Positions 37,410-47,076 of a stretch of 64,000 nt of DNA are shown here, piece after piece. Under the pieces are notes generated by a model that had not been told where the DNA came from, searched no databases, and was given only the letters and a program-made list of their open reading frames with translations. This DNA is from an archaeon (lineage in GTDB: Archaea; Micrarchaeota; Micrarchaeia; Norongarragalinales; UBA97), in assembly GCA_020057405.1 (NCBI GenBank), contig JAGVFW010000003.1:96001-160000 (forward strand). The letters are read 5' to 3'. The position numbers and the translations under genes were made by a program. The stretch's first letter is position 1, and every line of letters starts with the position of its first letter.

Positions 37410-38182
37410 CCACGACGGCGTAATTCTTTCTGATAAGGCAGCGGCTTCTTCATTCCCACCGCAACCTCGTGGATTCCTTGGGCGATTTTTTTCGCGGCCT
37501 CTGCGCTCACGAGACCGAAGTGCTTGGCAGCGTGAAGGTTGGACTCGGACAAAAGGTAACTGAAAACGTTCAGCTGGGGCGCTATCCGAGTCAAGTCTGG
37601 CTTTTTACCCGCGTAGAGCTCCCGGAGCTTTTCAAAAACGTCCTCCTTCTCCTCAGCCTCAAGGTAAAGTGGGTCTACTGCATTGACGAAGCTTGGAATT
37701 TGCTCTCTCGCGTCTGGGTGGGTTGAGCCTTTGGGCGAGGCAACTTCGACGAGGTGGTGGTTTGCCGGCAGATTGGGCAAAGAAAGAATGAAGTGGCGAC
37801 CAGGCGTTATCATTGGGCCCGTTGATTCGCCCCTCACCCGGTCCATCAGGTCTGATAAGAACTCGCCGGGAATCGACAATGTTCCGTCATGCATGCTGAA
37901 GACCAGGGTGTCGGGATGCGCTTTGACGAGCTTTTTCCAAAACGCCTTCTTTCTAGACTCGTGACCTGCCATAAATTTTTCCAGCTCCTCGATTGAAAGG
38001 GGCTCGCCTTTGCGCTCGTCCGATAGTTTCTTGGCCCGCTTGTTAAGGTCATCCTTTGCTGGCCACTTCACAATCGAAACGGCGTGGCCCAGTCGGCTTA
38101 ACTCGGACGCTATTTGCGCATGAAGGGCGGTAGAAAGGTGCTCGTTGGCGTCCTCTCCTATTGAAAGCAGTATTTTAGCCAT
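37406..38182 (-). CDS. Hypothetical protein
   Basis: 258-aa ORF with TTTAAA TATA upstream; no recognised family. Confidence 0.65.
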   Translation of the reverse strand: MAKILLSIGEDANEHLSTALHAQIASELSRLGHAVSIVKWPAKDDLNKRAKKLSDERKGEPLSIEELEKFMAGHESRKKAFWKKLVKAHPDTLVFSMHDGTLSIPGEFLSDLMDRVRGESTGPMITPGRHFILSLPNLPANHHLVEVASPKGSTHPDAREQIPSFVNAVDPLYLEAEEKEDVFEKLRELYAGKKPDLTRIAPQLNVFSYLLSESNLHAAKHFGLVSAEAAKKIAQGIHEVAVGMKKPLPYQKELRRRG

Positions 38183-38215
38183 GAAGAGTTTTGCCGGATG
38201 TGATTTAAAAAAAGC

Positions 38216-38863
38216 CTACTTTTCCAGCAGTTGGAGGAGCTTGCCGAAGTTTTCTTCGACTCCGCCGCCAGTGCCGCTCATGTCCTTGACCACGCCGGCA
38301 GCCTTGTAGTATGCCAGGACGGGCTCGGTGACGTCGTGGTAGACTTCTAGCCGCTTTCGGATGGCAGTGTCGCTTTCGTCACTGCGTTTGATTAAGTCGC
38401 CGCCGCACACGTCGCACTTGCCTGAGTGTTTTGGCGGCCAGTACTCGATGTTGTAGATTGCGTGGCACTTGGGGCAAGTGAAGCGCTTGACGATGCGGTT
38501 GATGATTTCCTCCTCGTCTACCTTGATGTTGACAACGGCGTCAAGCTTCCAGCCGCGCTCTCCCAAGTAGGAGTCGAAGGACTTGGCCTGCGGTGCAGTT
38601 CGGGGGTAGCCGTCCATGATGAAGCCCCGCAGGACGTCTCCGCGCTTGAAGCGCTCCTTGACGAGCGCCGTGACCACGTCGTCGCTAAGAAGCTGGCCGC
38701 TTGCGATTAAGTCCTTGACGGCGAGGCCAAGGGGAGTTCCGGAGGAAATCTCGTCGCGTGCAATCTCGCCGGTCGAGATGTGGGGTATATGGAATTTAGA
38801 GGAAAGTAGCTTGGCGTACGTGCCTTTGCCCACTCCCGGCGGGCCAAACATTACGAGCTTCAA
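38216..38863 (-). CDS. adk: Adenylate kinase (long, Zn-lid type)
   Basis: GPPGVGKGT, HISTG, DGYPRT and lid CPKC...CDVC. Confidence 0.93.
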   Translation of the reverse strand: MKLVMFGPPGVGKGTYAKLLSSKFHIPHISTGEIARDEISSGTPLGLAVKDLIASGQLLSDDVVTALVKERFKRGDVLRGFIMDGYPRTAPQAKSFDSYLGERGWKLDAVVNIKVDEEEIINRIVKRFTCPKCHAIYNIEYWPPKHSGKCDVCGGDLIKRSDESDTAIRKRLEVYHDVTEPVLAYYKAAGVVKDMSGTGGGVEENFGKLLQLLEK

Positions 38864-38968
38864 ACCAGTTAACCCCTGAAAGCAAATTAACGGGAAACAG
38901 AAGTAGAGTTCCTAGGAAAAATAGGGTAAAGAACACTTTTAATTGTTTGTGCAGCACTAGCTAGTAGT

Positions 38969-39436
38969 ATGGCAATTGAACGCACTCTGGTGCTTGTGAA
39001 GCCCGACGCCCTCCAGCGCGAGCTGGTCGGGCAAGTCATTTCCCGCATCGAGAGGCGCGGCTTCAAGATAGTTGGCGTCAAGATGGCCCTTCTTGACCAA
39101 AAGACGCTAAAAGAGCACTACGCTCACCTGGCGGCCAAGCCCTTCTTTCCCAGAATCGCGGAGTTCATGTCAAGCGCGCCCGTAATCGCGATGGCAATTG
39201 AGGGATTTGACGCAGTCGAAGTGCTGCGAAAGATGAGTGGCGTCACCAAGAGTTCTGCTGCCGAGCCGGGAACGATTAGGGGCGACTTTGCCCTTAGCGT
39301 CATGTGCAACATCATCCACGCGAGTGACTCTAAAGAGGCTGCCGCGGCGGAACTAAAGCGCTTCTTCAAAGCCTCCGAGCTCTTCGACTGGAAGCGCGCT
39401 AATGTGGAAAACGTCTACGCTCCTGACGAGCGCTAA
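38969..39436 (+). CDS. ndk: Nucleoside diphosphate kinase
   Basis: ERTLVLVKPD, HY, PFF, PGTIRGDF and NIIHASDS. Confidence 0.95.
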   Translation: MAIERTLVLVKPDALQRELVGQVISRIERRGFKIVGVKMALLDQKTLKEHYAHLAAKPFFPRIAEFMSSAPVIAMAIEGFDAVEVLRKMSGVTKSSAAEPGTIRGDFALSVMCNIIHASDSKEAAAAELKRFFKASELFDWKRANVENVYAPDER

Positions 39437-39439
39437 GAA

Positions 39440-40261
39440 GTGGATTCCATAACGGAATTGCTTTTTGACAACCTGTTTTTGCTGCAACTAGCTGCCACGT
39501 TCATCGTTGGTGGCGCGTGGATTACTTTTGCAACCGTTGTCGCCGACAGGCTTGGAAGCAAGCTAGGGGGGATTATCGCGGGCCTGCCTTCAACCATACT
39601 CGTGCCACTTCTTTTCATCGGCATCATACAGTCGCCGCAAGCCGCGTCGGATGCCACCACACTCATGCCAGTCATTTCAGGCATAAACACGCTTTTCCTC
39701 GCAATCTACGCGGCTTCCTCAAGCAAGAGCTTCACAAAAGGCCTTTTGACTGCATTCGGGGTCTTCTTCGTCCTCGCCATCGCCGTGGTGATTTCCGGTG
39801 CATTCACTTTCGAGCTCTCGGTTGCCGCCTACCTCGCCCTTGCAGTTGTATCCTACTTCCTAATCCAGTCGGTAAAGGACTTGCCTTCGCCCATAAGCGG
39901 AACCGGCAGGAGACACTCGAAGGGGGAAATCGGGGCGAGGTTCTTCGCAAGCGGCCTGGTCATCTCCGCGGCGGTGCTTGTCAGCAAGCTTGCGGGCCCG
40001 GTTCTGGGTGGGGTAATCTCCGACCTGCCGATTGGGAATTCGTCCACGGTAGTAATTTCATACAAGTCACGGGGACTTGAGTTTTCGCGCTCCATAGTCA
40101 AGCCCCTGATGTTTAGCGGCATTGCAAGCGTCTTTGCCTACATCGTGGTCGTGAGGTACGCCTATCCCGCACTCGGGCTCTTGTGGGGAACGCTTGTCGC
40201 CTGCCTGGCGTCAGTTGCCGGAGCGGCGTTGGTCTACTTGATGTCGGAAAAGTCCAAATAA
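39440..40261 (+). CDS. Multi-pass membrane protein with internal duplication
   Basis: GSKLGGIIAGLP / GPVLGGVISDLP repeats and ~8 TMs. Confidence 0.75.
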   Translation: MDSITELLFDNLFLLQLAATFIVGGAWITFATVVADRLGSKLGGIIAGLPSTILVPLLFIGIIQSPQAASDATTLMPVISGINTLFLAIYAASSSKSFTKGLLTAFGVFFVLAIAVVISGAFTFELSVAAYLALAVVSYFLIQSVKDLPSPISGTGRRHSKGEIGARFFASGLVISAAVLVSKLAGPVLGGVISDLPIGNSSTVVISYKSRGLEFSRSIVKPLMFSGIASVFAYIVVVRYAYPALGLLWGTLVACLASVAGAALVYLMSEKSK

Positions 40262-40283
40262 GCTCCAAAAGAAAAGAAGTGAG

Positions 40284-40358
40284 CGGGCCCGGGGGGATTT
40301 GGACCCCCGACATGCTGGTTAAAAGCCAGCCGCTCTGGCCAAACTGAGCTACGGGCCC
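40284..40358 (-). tRNA. tRNA-Lys(TTT), intronless
   Basis: GGGCCCG acceptor, GCTGG-CT-TTT-AA-CCAGC and T arm GGGGG-TCCAAAT-CCCCC. Confidence 0.93.
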
Positions 40359-40415
40359 GTTAGTAAATTGTGTGCGGAAAAGTTAATTAGGCGCAGTCTA
40401 CGCAATCGCTTTACA

Positions 40416-40796
40416 ATGCAACGAATAGTGCTCGACACTAGCGTGCTATTGCTGCCGGCCCAGCGGCGGCTCGACGTTTTCGTCGAGTGCGAGAGGATTG
40501 CTGAAAACTGCGAGTTCCTCGTGCTGCGTCAGACCCTCGACGAGCTGACGTCACTGGCTGCCAAGCGCGACAAGGCCGGAATCGCAGCCCGCATTGCACT
40601 AGAGCTTCTTGGGAAAAACAAGGTCGGGCAAATCGAGGCGAAGTCCAAAAAGGCAGATGAAGCGCTCGTGGAACTTGCTAGAAAGGACAGGACAATCGCT
40701 TTTGCGACAACTGACGCGCCCCTGCGCCGCAGGCTTAGGGACCTAAATGCCAGGGTGATTTGCCTGAAAGGCGAGTCGCGGCTTGACTGGTGCTAG
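40416..40796 (+). CDS. PIN-domain protein (Fcf1/Utp24-like)
   Basis: IVLDTS, DEL..L, ADEAL, ATTD..LRRRL; this family is normally adjacent to eif2g and rpoE1. Confidence 0.85.
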   Translation: MQRIVLDTSVLLLPAQRRLDVFVECERIAENCEFLVLRQTLDELTSLAAKRDKAGIAARIALELLGKNKVGQIEAKSKKADEALVELARKDRTIAFATTDAPLRRRLRDLNARVICLKGESRLDWC

Positions 40797-41461
40797 GCCG
40801 CTGCTGCAAGCATTTTTGCCTCTTCTTCTTCGGCCCGCTTGACAAGGCGGGCTTTAGTGAGCTTTAGTGCGAAGAAGCGCTCGGCTTCCAGGCGGTTTAG
40901 CGAGTCTTGGATGAGGCGGATGTTGTCGCGGATCATGGGCTGGACGTTGTACTCGAGGGCATTCACGCGGCGGTTGGTTTTTTGGATTTCCTTTAGCAGC
41001 CGGCGCAGCGAATTCTCCGTTTCCGCAAGCTGGATGACGCCGTTTAGGGACGTTTCGAATGACTCGACTGCGTCGTCAAACTGCGCGCTTGAGCCTAAGG
41101 GCGAGTAGCCGCGCTCAAGGAGGTTGCGGCGCACGTCGATTGCGGTGATTAAGGGAATTCGCACGCCCATGATGTTCTTCGCCTTGACTTCGACTGCGGG
41201 CACAGTCCGTGCCGCAAGCGCGTTTGCCTCGACGAAGAGGTCGCCGTGCACGCTTCGGGCGATTGCGAGCTTCTTGTGGGAGAGGACCATCTGGCCGTCA
41301 ACTTGAGAGCGCAGGTCGCGGGCCTTTTTGACCACATTGAAGAACTCGATGACTAACGCGTCGCGCTTTTGCTTTAGGAGCTTGTGGCCGCGCTGGGCCA
41401 TCACTAGCCTTTGCTTTTGGTTTAGGAGTTCCATGCGCGTTGGCGCGACAGTGTCAGCCAT
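40793..41461 (-). CDS. atpD: A-type ATP synthase subunit D
   Basis: PTRMELL...GHKLLKQKRDAL, NIMGVRIP and TNRRVNALE. Confidence 0.95.
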   Translation of the reverse strand: MADTVAPTRMELLNQKQRLVMAQRGHKLLKQKRDALVIEFFNVVKKARDLRSQVDGQMVLSHKKLAIARSVHGDLFVEANALAARTVPAVEVKAKNIMGVRIPLITAIDVRRNLLERGYSPLGSSAQFDDAVESFETSLNGVIQLAETENSLRRLLKEIQKTNRRVNALEYNVQPMIRDNIRLIQDSLNRLEAERFFALKLTKARLVKRAEEEEAKMLAAAA

Positions 41462-41512
41462 TTTCGTTCACACTACTAAAAAAACGCGGGCCGTTTGCAG
41501 CCCGGATTTTCC

Positions 41513-42979
41513 CTACGCTTTGGCGGCCTCCGCTTTCTTTTCCTCGTGCTTGTGGTGGCCGTGCTCTTCCTTCTTCTCGACGCTCCTGAACTTGCGGCCG
41601 TAAGCCTCGAGGTGCTCGGGCTTGACGCGCTTGAGCTCGCCTTCTGGAATGTCGGCGAGGAGCTCCCAGCCGAGGTCGAGTGACTGCTCAATTGTGCGGT
41701 TCTCGTACTTTCCTTGCTGGACGAACTTGGACTCAAAGGCGTTTGAAAACGAGAGGAACTTCTTGTCGCGCTCCGAGAGGGCTTCCTCGCCTACGACGGC
41801 GACTAGCGAGCGCAGGTCGCGGCCTTCGGCGTAGGAGGCGTAGAGCTGGCTTGAGACTCCCGCGTGGTCTTCGCGCGTGCGCGCTGCTCCGATGCCGAGG
41901 TTCATCAAACGCGAGAGGGATGGGAGAACGTCGACGGGCGGGTACTGGTTCTTGCGGTGCAGCTCGCGCGAGAGCACGATTTGGCCTTCGGTGATGTAGC
42001 CCGTCAAGTCGGGGATGGGGTGGGTGATGTCGTCGTCAGGCATTGAGAGGATGGGCAGTTGCGTCACCGTTCCCTTCCTGCCGTGGATGCTGCCTGCGCG
42101 CTCGTAGATGCTTGCCAGGTCGGTGTAGAGGTAACCCGGGTAGCCGCGGCGGCCGGGAACTTCCTGGCGAGCCGACGAGAGTTCGCGCAAGGCGTCGGCG
42201 TAGTTTGTCATGTCAGTGAGGATGACGAGCACCTGCATGTCACGCTCGTAAGCGAGGTATTCGGCCGTCGTCAGGGCGAGGCGGGGGGTGATGATGCGCT
42301 CGATTGACGGGTCGTTTGCGAGGTTGAGGAAGAGGACTGCGCGCTCGAGTGCGCCGGTCTTCTCAAAGTCCTGCATGAAGAACGCGGCTTCGGCAAAAGT
42401 GATGCCCATTGCCGCGAAGACGACGACGAAGTCCTCCTTGTCTTCTCCGCCCTTGCCGTGGCTCGCGCCGCGGACGGTCGCCTGCCTGGCGATTTGGGCC
42501 GCCATCTCGTTGTGGGGCAGGCCGTTGCCTGAGAAAATCGGGAGCTTCTGGCCTCGGACGAGCGTGTTGAGCGCGTCAATTGTTGAAATGCCGGTTTGGA
42601 TGAAGTCATGCGGCTCTGCGCGGGCAACCGGGTTGATTGAGCTGCCGGTAATTTCGAGCTTTTCTTCTGCGATGATTGCCGGGCCCTTGTCGATTGGTTC
42701 GCCCGAGCCGTTAAACACGCGGCCGAGCATCTCGTCGCTTACTGGCATGCGCAGGATGTCGCCTGAAAATCGCACGCGCGTGAGCTTTGTGTCAAGGCCG
42801 GTGGTGTTGCCGAATACCTGCACGGCTGCCATGCCCTTGCTGGTCTCGAGCACTTGCCCGTTGCGCTTCTCGCCGTTGGGGAAAATGATTTGCACTAGCT
42901 CGTTGTACGCTGCGTTCTCGACGCCCTCGACAAAGACGATGGGGCCGAAGACTTCCCGGACTGTTTGAAATTCTTTCAT
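41513..42979 (-). CDS. atpB: A-type ATP synthase subunit B
   Basis: [26 protein letters not shown] and [12 protein letters not shown]. Confidence 0.96.
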   Translation of the reverse strand: MKEFQTVREVFGPIVFVEGVENAAYNELVQIIFPNGEKRNGQVLETSKGMAAVQVFGNTTGLDTKLTRVRFSGDILRMPVSDEMLGRVFNGSGEPIDKGPAIIAEEKLEITGSSINPVARAEPHDFIQTGISTIDALNTLVRGQKLPIFSGNGLPHNEMAAQIARQATVRGASHGKGGEDKEDFVVVFAAMGITFAEAAFFMQDFEKTGALERAVLFLNLANDPSIERIITPRLALTTAEYLAYERDMQVLVILTDMTNYADALRELSSARQEVPGRRGYPGYLYTDLASIYERAGSIHGRKGTVTQLPILSMPDDDITHPIPDLTGYITEGQIVLSRELHRKNQYPPVDVLPSLSRLMNLGIGAARTREDHAGVSSQLYASYAEGRDLRSLVAVVGEEALSERDKKFLSFSNAFESKFVQQGKYENRTIEQSLDLGWELLADIPEGELKRVKPEHLEAYGRKFRSVEKKEEHGHHKHEEKKAEAAKA

Positions 42980-42991
42980 TTTTCATCCCTC

Positions 42992-44719
42992 TTAGTTGGC
43001 AAACCACTTGTCTATTGACTTGATTGCGGCTTCAGCTTTCGCCTCGACTTCCTTCTCAGGCGTGCGCTTGAGTGAGGCAATGTCGCCCCGAACGGGCGCT
43101 TCAAGCACTTTTGATAGGGGCATGTCGACGGCGATTGCCGCGCTTGCCTTGTCGTAGAAGTGCAGGATGGTCCTTAGCATGACGTACTGCTTGCGCAGAG
43201 TGCAGTAGGCGTCAATCTCGTCGTAGCTGTTCTGCTGCAGGAAGTCCTCGCGAATCATCTTCGTTGCCTCAAGCACGAGCCGCTCCTTGTCTGGGAGCGC
43301 GTCGGGGCCGATGAGCTGGACGATGTTCTGCAGTTCAGCTTCCTTTTGCAACAGCGCCATTGCCTGGTTTCGGTGCTCAAGGAAGTCCTCGGAGACGTTG
43401 GTTTCGAACCACTCGCGGAGCTCCCCGCCGTAAAGCGAGTAGCTTTTCAGCCAGTTGATTGCGGGGTAGTGCCGCCGTCTTGAGAGGGCCGAGTCAAGGG
43501 CCCAGAAGACTTTCGTCACGCGAAGCGTGTTTTGCGAGACCGGCTCGGACAAGTCGCCACCGGGGGGCGAGACTGCACCGACGACGGTGACGCTGCCGCT
43601 GCGCTTTGGCTTGTCGCCAAGGCAGACTGCGCGGCCGGCGCGCTCGTAGAATTCCGCCAGGCGCCTGCCCAAATAGGCGGGATAGCCTTCCTCGCCCGGC
43701 ATTTCCTCCATGCGGCCTGAGATTTCGCGCATTGCTTCGGCCCACCTGGAAGTCGAGTCTGCCATGACTGCGACGTCAAGGCCCATGTCACGGAAGTACT
43801 CGGCGATTGTGATGCCCGTGTAGATGCTTGCCTCTCGGGCCGCGACAGGCATGTTTGAAGTGTTGGCAATGAGCACCGTTCGCTGCATGAGCGGCTTTTG
43901 CGTTTTCGGGTCCATGAGCTTGGGAAAGTTCTCAAGCACTTCGGCCATTTCGTTGCCGCGCTCGCCGCACCCGACGTAGACGATGATGTCGGCGTCAGAG
44001 TATTTTGCCAAGTCGGTCTGGTTGACGGTCTTGCCCGAGCCAAAAGGTCCGGGGATTGCGCCAGCCCCGCCTTTTGCGATTGGGAAGAAGGTGTCCATGA
44101 TGCGCTTGCCGGTGATGAGGGGGGGCTCGAAGTGTTTCTTTTCCTTGATTTCGCGGGGGAGGCGGACGGGCCACTTTTGCATCATCGTCACGTCTTTTCC
44201 GCCAATCTTTGCTATTGCTTGGGTGATGGTGTAGTTGCCGGCCGTGATTTCCGTAATCTTGCCGCTAATTCCTTTTGGCACCATGATTTTGTGCTCGATG
44301 TTGAATTCCGCGACTGTGCCGAGGATGTCGCCCTGCGAGACTGTGTCTCCGACTTTTGCTTTTGGCACGAACTTCCATTTCTTGGAGCGGTTTAGGGACG
44401 GCACGGTGACGCCGCGGACGATGAAGTCGCCGGACTTCTCGCGCACAGCGTCGAGGGGCCGCTGGATGCCGTCGAAAATGCCGGAAAGGAGGCCCGGCCC
44501 GAGCTCGACTGATAGGGGCGCGCCGGTGCCGTCAACGGGCTCGCCGGGGCGCAGGCCGCTTGTCTCCTCGTAAACCTGGATGGATGCCTCGTCGTTTTTC
44601 ACGGAGATGACTTCGCCTAGAAGCAGCATGTCACCTACGCGGACTAGCTCGTTGATTTGGACGCCGCGCATGCCGCCAGCGCGGATGACAGGACCCGAAA
44701 CTTTCGTGATTGAACCCAT
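42992..44719 (-). CDS. atpA: A-type ATP synthase subunit A
   Basis: [15 protein letters not shown] and [11 protein letters not shown]; no intein seen. Confidence 0.96.
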   Translation of the reverse strand: MGSITKVSGPVIRAGGMRGVQINELVRVGDMLLLGEVISVKNDEASIQVYEETSGLRPGEPVDGTGAPLSVELGPGLLSGIFDGIQRPLDAVREKSGDFIVRGVTVPSLNRSKKWKFVPKAKVGDTVSQGDILGTVAEFNIEHKIMVPKGISGKITEITAGNYTITQAIAKIGGKDVTMMQKWPVRLPREIKEKKHFEPPLITGKRIMDTFFPIAKGGAGAIPGPFGSGKTVNQTDLAKYSDADIIVYVGCGERGNEMAEVLENFPKLMDPKTQKPLMQRTVLIANTSNMPVAAREASIYTGITIAEYFRDMGLDVAVMADSTSRWAEAMREISGRMEEMPGEEGYPAYLGRRLAEFYERAGRAVCLGDKPKRSGSVTVVGAVSPPGGDLSEPVSQNTLRVTKVFWALDSALSRRRHYPAINWLKSYSLYGGELREWFETNVSEDFLEHRNQAMALLQKEAELQNIVQLIGPDALPDKERLVLEATKMIREDFLQQNSYDEIDAYCTLRKQYVMLRTILHFYDKASAAIAVDMPLSKVLEAPVRGDIASLKRTPEKEVEAKAEAAIKSIDKWFAN

Positions 44720-44747
44720 TTCAAACATCACCTTTTTGATAAAAAAA

Positions 44748-45062
44748 TTACTTGAGCTCGACGCCCATTACTTTTTTGATGAGAACGGCGATGCTCTCGC
44801 CGCCGGCGGCAACTGCCTTTTTTCCCGGCACCTCGATTACTGCCGGCTTTGCAAGAGACTGGAGCTGTTTTTGCGTCTTTTGCGATAAGGTCGACATGAC
44901 TTCCTGCGTGACTATCATGATGCCGGAGTCCGTGGCGGCAACTGCGGTTGCAACCGCTTCCTCGGCCTCTTGCGGCGTCGTCACGGTGCGCGCTTCGGTG
45001 ACGCCAGCTAGCCGAAAGCCGAGAACCGTATCAGCATCGCCAATGACGACTATTTTATCCAT
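44748..45062 (-). CDS. atpF: A-type ATP synthase subunit F
   Basis: [15 protein letters not shown]...P.VIEVP. Confidence 0.92.
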   Translation of the reverse strand: MDKIVVIGDADTVLGFRLAGVTEARTVTTPQEAEEAVATAVAATDSGIMIVTQEVMSTLSQKTQKQLQSLAKPAVIEVPGKKAVAAGGESIAVLIKKVMGVELK

Positions 45063-45066
45063 TTTT

Positions 45067-46086
45067 TTAACCTGCGCTTAGCACGCGCTCCCTGATTTCG
45101 TCCTTTACCTCAAACTGCGTAGCGTAAGCTATCTTGCGCAGCGAGTGGACTTCTTCGCGCTTGAGGTGGAGGAAAGCGACTGCGACTCCCATCGAGAGGA
45201 CGCCGCGGGAAAGCGTGCTTCGGGCCTTTCGAAGGAGGGCGCGCTCGAGCTCGACTTCGACATAGGGCAGGCCCTTTGCTTTTAGGAGTTCGACTAGAGG
45301 CGCGGGGGCGAGGAGCTTCTTTCGCGCAAAGACTTCAAGGGCGCCTTCAGGAGAATCCTGCAAGAGCATCTCGTTTGCCAAATACGCGCTGTTGACGGTG
45401 TAGGGGCGGAGCTTTTCTTTTGAGACGCCCGACTTCATCATCCGCAGAATCAAAAACGCGTTTGCAAAGTCCAGGCGGTCTTGAAGAAAGCCGCGCGTGA
45501 ATGCGTCCGGCGCGAATTTTAGGGCCGCGTGCAGTTCCACGTAGTACGCCCGGTCGAGTTCGGAGAGTATGATGCGGAAGTCCTTTGTCTTCTCAAAGTC
45601 CTTTTCAGCCGCGCGGACTGCCTTTGAGTAGCGGGACGCGCGAAGTATCTCAAGAGTGACTGCCAGGTCTGGGGCTGTAACCAAACGCGCAAGGAGGCCG
45701 ATGCTCTCGCGGTCAACTGGAATCAGGTTCTTCATCTCAATGGGCCTGCCCAGTGCCTTGCTGGCGACGATTTTCTTGATGTTGTTGAGCTCCCACTCGC
45801 GCATGAGGACGGCGTAGATTGGGAGGGCCGAGGGGGGAAGGAAGTTTGCGATGCGGCCGATGGTGGCGATGAGGTCGTCGTCTAGGGCGCGCTTGACTAG
45901 TTCGAGGCCCGTATATCTCGTGCTTGCGGATACGAAGGCGCCCTTGTACTCGCTTTCCTCCAGTAGCTCTACAAACTCGTCGAGCGTTCGCACGTCCATG
46001 AGCTCGCGCATGCGGTCGGGGTCAAAAAGCTTGCTCTTCATTGCTTTTAGCCGCGCGTTTGCATACGAGAAGGAAAGGTCAGCCAT
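45067..46086 (-). CDS. atpC: A-type ATP synthase subunit C
   Basis: YANARLKAMKSKL, LEESEY, NNIK, LDRAYY and K..EV..LRKI; ATG at 46086. Confidence 0.88.
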   Translation of the reverse strand: MADLSFSYANARLKAMKSKLFDPDRMRELMDVRTLDEFVELLEESEYKGAFVSASTRYTGLELVKRALDDDLIATIGRIANFLPPSALPIYAVLMREWELNNIKKIVASKALGRPIEMKNLIPVDRESIGLLARLVTAPDLAVTLEILRASRYSKAVRAAEKDFEKTKDFRIILSELDRAYYVELHAALKFAPDAFTRGFLQDRLDFANAFLILRMMKSGVSKEKLRPYTVNSAYLANEMLLQDSPEGALEVFARKKLLAPAPLVELLKAKGLPYVEVELERALLRKARSTLSRGVLSMGVAVAFLHLKREEVHSLRKIAYATQFEVKDEIRERVLSAG

Positions 46087-46807
46087 TGGCGCGCCTCTTG
46101 CTGCCCTTAGCGGGCTTCTTTGCCTTGCCGGCTTTCGCCTTGGCGGGCGTTGTCTTGAGTGTTTTTGCGGCCGCCGGCTTCTTGACCGCTTTTGCGGCCT
46201 TTGCCTTGCTTTGCGCAATGACTTGCTGCTTTCGCCGCTCTCCAAAGAGCTCGCCGTAGGCAACGCGCTTTAGCTCGACTGCATATTGCTCAAGGAGGCT
46301 CTCGAAAGTGTAGCTTGCGCGCACGCGGCCGCCTGCGTCCTGGGCCACCATGCCCCCTGTGCAGTCAAGTGCTTTTGTCTTTCCGAACTTGGCTGCCATG
46401 GACAAGTCTTCCTTGCGGCAGTAAATCACGGCGTCGCCGCCGAGTTCGGCAACCGCGTTTTTCGCCAGCTTGTTAAAGAGTTTCTCGTAGAGCTTGCGCT
46501 TTTCCCCGGCTTTTGCCGACGCGAGTTCTGCAAGCCGCTTTTGCAGCCTGCCCATCGCGGCCTGGATGACGCGCTCGCGCTCTTCAGCCATCACGCGCTT
46601 TGCTTTCAGGCGCGCGCTTGAGACTTTTCGCGCTTCGTCAACAGCTAGGGCCGCGCCCTCGACTTTGGCTGCCTCGACGATTGCGTTAGACTCATTGACT
46701 GCCTGCGTGAGGACTTCCTTGGCAGACTCGTGGGCTGAGGCTAGCACGCGCTTTTCTTCTTCGGCTGCGCTGTGGCGGAGTTCCTTTACAAGCTCTTCGA
46801 GGCCCAT
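46079..46807 (-). CDS. atpE: A-type ATP synthase subunit E with Lys/Ala-rich tail
   Basis: MGLEEL coiled coil, GG...DAGG.V..SYTFESLL and operon position. Confidence 0.85.
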   Translation of the reverse strand: MGLEELVKELRHSAAEEEKRVLASAHESAKEVLTQAVNESNAIVEAAKVEGAALAVDEARKVSSARLKAKRVMAEERERVIQAAMGRLQKRLAELASAKAGEKRKLYEKLFNKLAKNAVAELGGDAVIYCRKEDLSMAAKFGKTKALDCTGGMVAQDAGGRVRASYTFESLLEQYAVELKRVAYGELFGERRKQQVIAQSKAKAAKAVKKPAAAKTLKTTPAKAKAGKAKKPAKGSKRRANG

Positions 46808-46834
46808 TGGTTGCTCAAATCTCCAGTCTTTCTT

Positions 46835-47065
46835 TTACTTCGCGCCGGATATGATGAGAAAGGCGACGACGAAGCCGAGGATGACGAGCGTTTCGGGAAT
46901 TGCGAGGAACAGCAGCACAGAGCCTTCCTTGCCTTCCTTCTCCGCCATCAGGCCCATGCCTGCAGAACCGATTGCCGCTTGCGCGTAACCGGTGGCCAGG
47001 GCTGAAATGCCCAATGCGAGGCCTGCGCCGAGAGCGGCCAAACCGATACCAAGTCCTTCAACCAT
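46835..47065 (-). CDS. atpK: A-type ATP synthase proteolipid subunit K (c)
   Basis: Single hairpin with GYAQAAIG and AIPETLVILG. Confidence 0.92.
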   Translation of the reverse strand: MVEGLGIGLAALGAGLALGISALATGYAQAAIGSAGMGLMAEKEGKEGSVLLFLAIPETLVILGFVVAFLIISGAK

Positions 47066-47076
47066 TTCTTCCACCT

